In this document: positions 53,425 through 64,000 of the stretch, in pieces | How positions within the stretch are numbered: the stretch's first letter is position 1 | Layout: every line of letters begins with the position of its first letter | Assembly: GCA_002633005.1 (NCBI GenBank) | Contig: NMRA01000051.1 | Coordinates: 685,273-749,272 of the forward strand | Origin: Phoronis australis | Taxonomy: Eukaryota > Animalia > Phoronida | DNA: 64,000 bases | Reading direction: 5' to 3' | The notes under the pieces: model-generated | What the model was told of the DNA's origin: nothing | The model's database searches: none | Seen by the model: the letters and a program-made list of their open reading frames with translations, nothing else | Translations under genes and position numbers: made by a program

Positions 53425-56400
53425 CAGTACAGCCACTGAATTTTTAGACTTCGTCCGGGCTACCTCACGCCTGGCCAGACCGGAGCGCAACCGGAACGCA
53501 GGCGTGACAGAAATCAGTCACGGTCGCCTCACGCCTACTTTCCGGGTAGTCCTCACGCTTACCTCCGGTTTAGTTCACGCTTTCCTCAGGCTTTCTTCAC
53601 GCCTTCGGTACCTGTGGTAACCATGGTAGGGCACCGGGCTAATCAATAAAATACATGTAACGTCTTGATTGCCTGTCGTTTCGGACAAGTTGCAAAGACA
53701 TTATAGTATATAATAGAGTATCTTTGCAAGCACTCATCTATCACACTTGGGTTCCGACTAACTTTGTAATTCCACGTGTTGTTCATACAAACGTCTTCCT
53801 TCAGCTAATCTTGTGTTACGGTTACATGTACATTTTCTATTTACGACTTAAGAGCCAGTCCATCAAAGACATGTACATGTATAGTAACCACGGTTAGTAA
53901 ATACGAATATACGCGACCCTGTGTCCAGAGTCGTCTTTACATGGCTGTGGACTCCTTGAAAATTGTCACAGCTGGATATAGTTAATTTTCCCTAAAAATA
54001 GCCTACGCATCTTGTGAAGTATAGTGTCACTCCGTAAATTTTGCACCGCACTGGCGTACAGAAAATTTCAATAGTCCGCCATTCTGACATACCAACCCCT
54101 TACTGCAAGCAAATGTTTTGACTAAAAAGCCCTCAATCCGTAGTGAAGTTTAATTATTTGTAGCCCCCTCCCCGTAGTACATGCGTTTCGACTGAGTTCA
54201 CAGTATTCCCGGGGTACTTCTTCACTAAAATAATAATAGCAGTAATCTGTTTGACTCGTCAAATGCATGGGCACGATCAGTTTTCTCCGCATGAAGCCGG
54301 AACTTGGGATCAATGTGCTCAGAATTGACATGCTATGCTCCTTCATATCGTGAAGGCAATTGAATATTTCCGCCATGTACACGCGTGTTAAGGTAGGTGT
54401 ATACACTGATCAAATCTCCATTTTCCAAACTAAAATGAGTAAAAAGGGAGTTTTTACTAGTTAGACATGACTCTGAAAGTGACAAAAATAGAAAAAAAGT
54501 TTTTTTGTAGTTCGTTTTTTTTTAAAAATCGTATTTTTTAATTTTCAAAAAATACAATTTTACCTCGATTTTTTTTTCAAAATGCACAGGGATCATTATC
54601 AACTGTTTCCTTACTCAATATTCTACTTATCCATACCAAATATATGTACAAAATCAACGTGATCTTGATTTTGTGGCATTTTTTGTGTGTGTGTGAGTTG
54701 GGGCAAGCACGCCACTTTTTGTCATTTGGTCACTTTCCGTCTAATAACTAAAAGTCTGGTCCATTTATCAAAAATCCCTAGCACGCGATTTTTCTTCAGT
54801 CCTAGAGGATTTCAAATTTGCAGCTTTCGTAAAAATTAACCCACGTGTTGTGGAAAAATAGGCGCCCGAGAATCTTGTCACTATCCTGAAATCACGAGCC
54901 GAGAAAAACGGCTTTGAAGTTAAGCGGTCATCGATTGCCACTTGAGATCAAATTTCGTTCAGAATGCGTGGTCATTGTGTTCCAATTTTTGTTGAAGTAC
55001 TAGAAATAAAGCTGATATTTACTTCATATTTAGTAAATGTGACATACCTGTTTGTTTACAGCGTAATTTTAATCATTTTTTCGAACTTGTGAAGCACGAC
55101 AGACGACCAAAACAAATATGGCTGTCACGTGGGCGGAGCTTAGCGTTGATCTATTGTCTGCTGTACTGGTGTGCCGACCACACATTAAAACCATGTGTTG
55201 ATTGTTTATACGATTCATCTGAACTCTCCACTCAGTTTGTAAAAGACTCTCTAACTATATTACACAGACCTATTTGTTAGTATTCCAATATTATCATCAA
55301 CCAATATATGTGTTATATCAAATCGCCGCGTTACTGCCTACATAACAATATTGGCGACGAGGATAAAGAACTACTTTCATAGTAATGGTTCAACATTTTT
55401 ACGTGCCTGTACCGAATGGACTTTGGGATTAGAAGATATCACTTTCTGCTCAAATAGCGTCGCTTGGGTGAGATTCTCAAGTTACTAAATTTTCTTATAT
55501 TGCTTTCCTCTAAAATCGTATAATATCATGAGTTTTAATTCAGGGTTACGTTTGAATCTATGCACTAGAAAAAATTTTGTTATGTTGAACACTGGGTCAT
55601 TTCCCTAATTCTTTGGCTTACGGCCAGTGGCAAGTTAAAAAATCCTCTGGGTTTGACAGCCTAGTTTCTCCACAGCGCCTTCCCAGCACAGAAGCACGGT
55701 TTATCTGCCAAGACTACTCTGACGGCATGTCGTTGTCCATGTGTCATGCGGCTTGTCTTCACAGCGCGTGCATGCACTCTCACCGAATCGTGCAACACCA
55801 CCCACGTCGACACTCAGCGTCCTCTCGCAAGACACCTGACCTTATATTACCGACTTCTACTTCTCTTATTCATTCACAATTTTCTGCACGGACTCCTCAA
55901 GCTGAGTGCAGTGATGGCTTCGGTAGGGCTTGGCGTACTCAACTTATTTTTTGCAGATAGACAAACAGGCTCAGGCTCGGAACAGGAGCTAGTTCACCAT
56001 TTCTCTACCAACTTTCACATGGTCTAAAATAGAATTATTTTATTCTTGGTCTTGCTACAACACCAATATCAGCTGGTACAGCACTCTCGATTGCCCTGTT
56101 ACGCAATGCTTGTTGACATGGTTAGATCAGCGCTAGTGTCCTTGTATATAAGCTCCGCCCCAGTTGTCAATCACTGAACTGGTGAGCACTCAAGCCATAT
56201 GACTTACTGAGGCTTGGTCAAATATAGCTAAAAAACAACTTTGGATTTTCAGAATGATTTTATATTCCTTCAGTATACTGTGCATCAAGAATTAAAGATT
56301 AGGATGGCATAAAAATGTAAAAAACAGTCAAAATTAATTTTTTGTGTATCCACCTACCTTAAGATTCTTTGTTAGTTTAATATAAAAAACAAATAATTAT

Positions 56401-56799
56401 ATATAAGTGAAAAGTAGAGTCCACAGGTCTGTTTCCTGAAGTGACTTAAGATTTGAGAAGGAAATTTTGGTCTTTTGCTGAACGTGACGATTTCAAAAAA
56501 TAAACCTTACATGAGCAAAAGTCTATGAGAACACATGTACACACATCACTGCTAGTTACTGAAATTTTGATAAATTACTTTTTCATTTGCGATGCAGGTA
56601 AACTCACGCCTGGCTCACGGCTGGCTCGCGTTTCGTTCACGCCTAACTCACGGTAAGCTCCGGGTACAATCACGCTTAGGCTCACGCCAGCTGTCACGGT
56701 TGATTCACGTCTCACTCTCCGGTCTGTCTCCGGTTACGGCCACGGGTGGCTAGACCGGAGAGACACCGGAGAGAGTCTAATAATTCAGTGGCTGTACTG
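53425..56799. mobile_element. Tc1/mariner-like non-autonomous element in the intron of the coiled-coil gene
   Basis: TA on both flanks. TIR cagtacagccactgaat / attcagtggctgtactg. ctcacgc subterminal motifs at both ends. Confidence 0.75.
54392..56358. mobile_element. Kolobok-like element nested in the Tc1-like element
   Basis: TTAA on both flanks. TIR ggtaggtgtatacac / gtgtatccacctacc. Minus-strand coding relic WQINRASVLG. Confidence 0.7.
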
Positions 56800-57895
56800 T
56801 AATTTCGAGTTCAATTTCGCGTAAAAAAGATGGAACTCCGGACCCTGGTTGGTCCTCGATGAGGATTTCTGACTTGCAAACCAATCAGATGTCCTAGCCG
56901 TTTGAACCGGCGGAACAGGCGAAGACAATCAAGTGCAGCCATTGAACTTACTGGTAGTTGAAGAGTGGTCTCATTTTCACGAGTGTCAAAATTTGATTGT
57001 GGGCTTAGTTTAAAAAGGTAGCTATGCTTTATCAGTATGATTGTGCGTGGATGGAGAGAGAATGATTAAATCCAGTAATTAATTTATTGTATGACAACCC
57101 CTAATTAAAACGAGTGATACCGGTTGCTAATTAAGTACACTAACAATAAAGAACAGTAACTACGCTAGCACCCTCTGTAAGGATAACTTCAATCAATAAC
57201 CCAAAAATATTCAAACGTCTTATCAACTATCCACGCTGTAGAACTCAACAGTCGTTGGATGACAGTCCCGTTAATCTATCGTCGTACTAACATACACTGT
57301 ACTTCGACAGTGAACATGTAAGTCATAGTCCTCCATGACCCAACGCAAGTCTGTAGTATCGCTCTAATCACAAACTTTAACCTTTGCCCTTGCCAAGTTC
57401 CTCTTTAGAGTCTTCAACGAGATGGCTCTGTTGTCAGTATTTCTTCAGTACGTTGAAGCAAGTCCTACGCCTATACAAGCTTCAACTACCAAATTCCATC
57501 TGACTATTTTCCAAACTTTGCGGTGCCCAAATTATAATAATGCACTTACTTAACGATTGGTTAATAAAAACCGCATGATGTTATCTAATCATACCATTGG
57601 CTGTTACGATCAGATCTAAAAAATTTCTCGAATCCTTACAACAAAAGAGGTAAAACAACATCCAAATTGCATGTTGATATCAAAAGTACAGGTATCGGTA
57701 AACAAGTTTTGCCACGTGGTTTTAAAAGCACATATGAACAAATACATTTTTGCCGGGACAACTTCAATAGAACTATCTCTACTAATTGCATAATCAATAT
57801 TTATTCTAACAATGAGTAATGTTTTCTAGCCGAACGATATCGCTGTTTACTGCGCCGTGTGGCTAATGCAATACAGTATTTTTCTTCGTTTCCAG

Positions 57896-58515
57896 TTCCC
57901 AGGACGTGTCAAGAATGGCAAGATCTTGGATATAAGAAGAAAACTGAGTACATGATAGATCCAGACGGTGTCGTGGGTGTCGATCCTTTTATGGTAGAAT
58001 GTGAAATTGCGACGGCTGGCAAGAGCGCAGCAACTGTAATACACCACAAGAATGAAGGCCGTACAAACATGCGAGCGTTTAGCTGCACCTCGCCTCAATG
58101 CAAGAGTTTGACCCCGATGTACCTCGCCTCAATTTCGCAAATTGTAGCACTGATAAACATTTCTACCGATTGCAAACAACACATAAAGTATGAATGCGCG
58201 TATTCACCCCTTCAATTAGGCAATACGCATTCCCCAACCTACGGGTCGTGGTATTCACGTGATGGATTGCCAATGCGGTATTGGGGTGGCGCTGCACCAG
58301 GAAGTGGTATGTGCGCTTGCGGAATGAGCCGATCTTGTTATTCATCCTCGCTCAACTGCAATTGTGACCACCAGTCGCACATATGGAAAACTGATGAAGG
58401 ATATTTGACTGACAGATCCACTTTGCCAATAGGATCTGTGCGCGTTGGGGGAACTGGTAGTTCAAGTCAAGGGTTTCTGACTGTTGGAGCAATGCGCTGT
58501 TACACTAACCAGTAG
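57896..58515 (+). CDS. Secreted coiled-coil / Caspr-type fibrinogen-like protein, exon 2 (fibrinogen-like domain)
   Basis: Polypyrimidine tract and ccag acceptor, phase-compatible with exon 1. Reads PRTCQE..Y.IDPDG...PF.V.C, CKQHIKYEC, WYSRDG...YWGGA.PG..MCACG...C......CNCD.....W..D.G.LT....LP, the pattern of the CNTNAP/neurexin IV fibrinogen-like domain. Confidence 0.88.
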
Positions 58516-61500
58516 CACTCCTAACAATACAATCGTTTGTATCACGTGCTCAGGTAGTTTGTCCTTAATGACAATGTTCAACGGCACTTTTTCGAAGTAT
58601 TAAAAAGAAATTGAATATGCCATATGGGTACTACGACGGTATCGAAGGGGCAGTGACGTTTCAATTGTTTTGTCTCTGGCTCGGAGATAGAAAGTCGCCA
58701 CTTTTTTCAGCCAGGAAAAGATGTTCATTTTATGTCTCTGTTATGGGTAAGAGATAGCTGCCCCTTAGATGTCGCCGCAGAAAATAGAATAAATAGACGT
58801 AATTACAATGTAAAGCACCCTAGTGTTTACAATGATACAACAATTAATATTAATCACCTCTATGGTTGCCACGAAATGTTATACATGCTGAACATTTTAA
58901 ACCAATGCATATATATCGTAATCAATTCTATGGCTACAAAATTTCAGGGGTCAACGACAATCTAAATGAAAGCTAAATTGTATCTTTAATGGTATTAAAA
59001 ATGTGAAAAGGGGCCATTCTGGAATAAATTTTGGCTAACTTGGATTGCTTTAAAAACGATATAATTTGCAAGTTGTTGGGAGTACACGAGCATGAAAGTG
59101 CTTAACAAGGGCTCTGTACGCGAGTAAAATTTGAAAGACTCACTACGACCAAACCGAGTCATTTTGAGCTTCATGTCCGATGTCGATTGGTTATTACAAT
59201 AATTGTTGTTTAAAACTAAAATTGGTTATTCTCAGGTTTTTTTCTGGATACTCTGTAATATATAAAGCGTATGTTTTCTGGTCTATGGCCTTTATTTCAA
59301 AAATAAAATTGATTTTAATTGTGAACAATAACGTCATTGAAATTGTCATGAAATCTGTGATATTCATGATACATATATAATTCTTAGCACATTAGTTTGA
59401 TAGTGTTATTACTTATTGATATTATTTCTTTGCTAGCCAATTGTTTTTGTTTATAGAAACTTGTTTTGGCTGTCAGCTGAGTCAGCGACCAACCCATCCG
59501 GTGCATCCACACATGTTTTGATGATCTGTGTAGTAAACAAGATTGCGTAATGGTCATTCACAGAAACATTGCCTAAAGACAGCTGACCATTACCATATAT
59601 GGCAAACACAACAGAGTAGTTCAGATGATTGTTGTGAAAGTTTTAGAGTTGCTTCCTGTTATTTTCCTGTAGGATATTGAATCATAAAGTTTAGTGCATG
59701 CAACCCACATATTTGTGACTTGTATATAAATCCGTTCACTTGTCTAATAAAGACAGTCCTCATCTTGCTGCTGCCAGTTGCTTTACTAGTGTAATTGAGT
59801 GTTCCACACTTAGTTACTGAATACAACCATCTCACTGACGGACCGAGGCTGTCCACAACACAACACAACGCTGCTACTAAGTCGAGTTATTCTCCACTAT
59901 TCTACTACAGAAATGAAAAGCTTCACCTGGTGACTACGTTTCTGTCCTTACATACGTCTCCCATGTACGCATTTTGAAACACCACAGCTACAGCCCTATG
60001 TTTCCTGGGAAAGACTTGTGCAAACAACGTTCAATCATTGTCTGAATTATTTTTCAATTCAGTACACCTGTATTATAAAAGATAGACCCGTTCGTAAATA
60101 CAAATATTCAAAAAGTATTTTTTAAAGTGTTCCTAATTTCAAAAGGCTAGGATCGAAAACATTAAAAATGTCTCCTAGACTGAATAAACACGTTACGGAT
60201 ATGTAGCACCTTACCGACAATTCTTTGTATTTAGCCATATACACTGTATGTAGACAAGTGTAAATTTTAGTTCGGTAAAACTATAGATTTTCTGAAATTA
60301 GAAAGCCTGTAGAATTCTATTCTTGACTCTTTACCATGTCTTTTTTAGTAAAACCTAGCAATAGCAAGGAAAAATTGTGGCAAAACAACAATAACAATAA
60401 CGAGGCCAAATTTCCTGAGATATAACTATTCAATATGAAGTCTCAAAAACGTTGTTATGGTTTTCTAAGTTATCACTTCGTTTACGTTTCATGCATTTAT
60501 CATGAAGACCGATTTTTAATAACACCTCACGCAAAAGGGAAACATGTCAAAAACAATTCCTAACAGCGTTTTGTAGAATGGACCATAAAGCATAGAGTCT
60601 GGCGTTTCATATCAATCCGGTCATTCATTTCTGATGCATGGTGCTCTGAGGCTATCTCTGGGGTCATACGCAACCTTAAAGTGAAACTTGCAGGCTATTT
60701 CTTCATCTCTGTGAGTGCTTGGTAGTCAGAAACACGACATCTAGCGACGATTTTAATATGAAGCAGCTTGAAAGTTTCCAAATGTTTTTAAGAACGAGTT
60801 TTGTGGGAAAATAATCCGCCGCAAATCACTGAATCGTGTCCAGTAAGTATCGTGGCGTGATGTTGGGGAATAACACTGCATAATGCGGACTATATGAGCC
60901 CCAAAGTACGTCATTAGTGCCAATGTCACCTATTTAAAGAAATTTTTGTTTGCTCAATAACAAGTTGTCAATGAATACAATTGCTTTATTTCGTGTAGAT
61001 GACATTCAAATAGCACTGTTGTTTAGTTCCTGCTATACATGTACATTAGCATAGTTAGAAGCATGCAAATATACCTTCAAGTATAAACTGAGCACAGCTG
61101 AACTATTTTTGTTTAATCCATTAAGTAATGTTATGTAAAAATTGACATCATGTTTCACACCACAAGCCCTACAGATGACCACAAAAACTTTATTCTTTCT
61201 TGTATTTTTGACCCTTTCACTCTCAATGTAAACAAAGCCAGACTAAGAAAAATAGGGGCACTTCCCTGCCGATGCTCGACTAAATCACGGACATTAGATT
61301 CCGAAAGCAAATTTCCTACCGATTTCAAAAATGTGGTCCAAAAGTACTGTCAACCAACTGTTTTTTTTTGCAAATCTGGCTTGTTTGAGGGTTACCTGAA
61401 ATCGCGGCCAATTTTTCAGTTGCTACACAGCTATGCACAAATGCAACAGGGGGCCACCATCTTGAAGAAGAGTGCAGCTACAGCCGAGCAACTGGCCTTT

Positions 61501-63505
61501 TTTATTCTCAGCATGTTCACAAACACTAAAAAAATTCACTGAGCCTACATGCAATGCCTATCTACAAAATGCCCCGAAACTTGGCCTACCCTAAAATTTT
61601 AATATTTTGGGAGTGCAAGTTGACCGCTGCCACAGCATACATGTAACTGTTCAGTGCCACCATGCACTAACCGGAAACTGGGACAGATAATTTAGGAGAG
61701 TGGCGGCTCCTCTAGGATATTATTCAAGAAAATGTCGGAGTTGCGAATCTGTTGTCTATACTGTAATCTATGGTGACATGAAGTCATGAAATACAACAAC
61801 TGTTTTTGTTTATTTGTTACGTCTCTTGGTTTGTTACTTCATTCCTACACACCAGATAAAGGAGACTGTTCCGTAATTACGAACATATTAGCATCAAGCT
61901 CGCCAACAAAACGTATAGTCGTGTCTTTAACGAAGATTATACATAAAAGAATATTTACAAATATGGGGGTAATTGTTCCCATTGTGTGGAGATAACAACA
62001 TTTCTTCATATGTTCTATACTTGCACATGTATAAGATCTTTGTGGGAATCGGTGCAAACACTTTTAAATAAAGTCCTCAACGCTCAGTACGTATTTACAA
62101 TGTAGGATGTTGTAGGACTTTGGAGGTCCGAGGGAAAATTCACATTACCTTGATTAAGACTATACAGTAAACGTCACTCGATGGGTGATTTGTGTTCAGT
62201 GCGAAAATATCCAATGATGGAAATTAATTCTGGAAATCCATGTGGTGTTTCTTCTAATTACATAGATGTTATTAACCAGTTTAAAAAATTCGCCTGCCGA
62301 GACCTAGAAATCAAATCCCGGTTCTTCCGAAAACTAGCCAGGCGTTTGAACCACTGGATTATTAAGGCTATCTTCCATCTGTTAGCAGATCAGGTTCTTT
62401 ATCTATGATTACAAGGGCGAGGGACGGCCAATTTTGAATGAGCCCACACAGCAAGGTCAATATCTCAAAGAATCAGGGATTTGTTCTTGGCTCATTTTGG
62501 CTGTGGTGTTGTGATTGATTGGTTGCTTGCACTGTTCGCCATACCGTTGTTTTAATTTGTCTCCACCAGTAACATTTCATGTTGAGTCAAACTGAAACGT
62601 TGGTCGTGTGTGTGCATCGTACAAACCTTGCAAATTACGTATTTTAACTAAAAATATGTTTGGAATTTTCTGTGGACAACGTTGACACAGGTGTGCTCGT
62701 ACTACATGTATAAGGCCTTAGAAATTTCTAGACACAGTCTTAATTTGAAACTAAGCAAACAAGATTTTTTGCAAAGTTAAGGCGATCTAACGGAACGATT
62801 ACGAGTTTAAAAAACGCCGTCATGTAACAATAAACGTTTGTGCATTATTTTAGGGCACGTAATACGATTCTCTGATCATGGAGGATTTTGAAAATATTTA
62901 TTTTTTTGGATTTGCACTTAATACTTGTTAAGTTATCTAAACATTTCATTCTTGGTAAAGATTGTGGCCGTTTACCTCAAGGTAACGTCATAAGTGTACG
63001 CCTACGACGAACTATCACCTGATAAAAGGTGGCGGCCGCGATTTATCTAAACAGAAGACATATTTCTCACGCAATAACACAGTGAAACCATGGCGTGGAT
63101 ATGTGCAACGTTTGTTCTGCTGCTTTTGGTGAGTGCAAAAATCAAAAGTGTGATTCTGTGAACTATTTTGATGATGTCGTTTTTTCTGCTGTATTTATTG
63201 ACTATAGTATTAAGTAGGTCATCGGGCCATATAAACGGACGCTGACTTACATTGGACAAACAGTTGTTGCCCATAAATAAACTACTAAAAAATTGTACCT
63301 TCTGATTAAGTCACTAATTTCTAAGAAAAGTAACAAATGAACGGCTATGCACGTATGTGTTCAAGAGAAAGTTTTTGATTATTTAGTGCATAACATTTAA
63401 TTCTACCATGAAAGTATCGCGTTTTAAGAAAAACTGTAGTCAAATGATTGATTTACGCGTGCAGGTACACAGTGTCCGAAATAGGATTTACGTTTGACAC
63501 GTTAA

Positions 63506-63757
63506 CATGCGCGCACCCAGCCTAAAATATAAGGGGGCTCGAATTTTCCGATATGCGGACCTTTTAACCTTTTATAAAGAAATCAACGAGGACTGCAAAA
63601 AAAAACTGGCCTACCAGGTTCAGGCCCAGGAATTGTGCTTCCCGTGGATTTTGTGGACTTTTGTCTCGTTTACTCGAACTTTTTGTTTCACTGAGTTTGT
63701 CAAACTGGGGGGCTCATTCGAGCCCCCGAACCCCCCACCCCCCGGGTGCGCCCATGG
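63506..63757. mobile_element. Short MITE (related inverted copy ~47650-47879)
   Basis: TIR catgcgcgcacccag / ccgggtgcgcccatg. Both copies give similar MRAPSLKY.GARI pseudo-ORFs. Confidence 0.65.
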
Positions 63758-64000
63758 TTGAGGGGACGAAATCGGTTTTAACGGCAGAAAAAACGCATTT
63801 TACGAATTATTCTTGGATGAATAGAAAGGAACACAAAGAAATCTAGTAGATCAAGCTAAGCGAACTAATTAGAAAGTTGTCATTGATTCATTCAGGGGAC
63901 GCCCGTCCGTTGTGCCGATAACACAATTGACAAACTGGTTTCCATGGTAACCGAACTACAGGCTCAACAAAAGCAGATAAGTCAGCGATTGGACACCATG

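Noticed and set aside
57859-58515. A bona fide CNTNAP/neurexin IV gene
   Set aside because: The domain ends in a stop codon, and no LamG, EGF, discoidin or transmembrane exons are evident in the window.
59500-62450. Coding-like patches downstream of the fibrinogen-domain gene
   Set aside because: No recognisable motif, consistent splice chain or element termini could be established by eye.

Overview
Eukaryotic (probably marine invertebrate) genomic DNA: AT-rich, intron-rich and repeat-rich, with one N gap (46205-46910). Three protein-coding loci can be reconstructed by hand from GT-AG splice sites. Two are tandem minus-strand DNase II (plancitoxin-like) paralogs. Copy B is complete (8 coding exons, 42167->25470, 371 aa, both HxK motifs). 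Copy A has exons 1-6 in the window and runs off the left edge; it has two intact candidate signal-peptide first exons (7508-7623 and 9747-9865). The third is a plus-strand two-exon gene (52128-58515, 548 aa) encoding a secreted coiled-coil protein ending in a Caspr/neurexin-IV-type fibrinogen-like domain. The rest is mostly decayed or non-autonomous transposons (Academ-like, Kolobok-like, Tc1-like, Harbinger-like MITEs, an L1/Tx1 fragment), several nested, plus a 28-bp minisatellite. Family assignments come from motif recognition by eye, not database searches.
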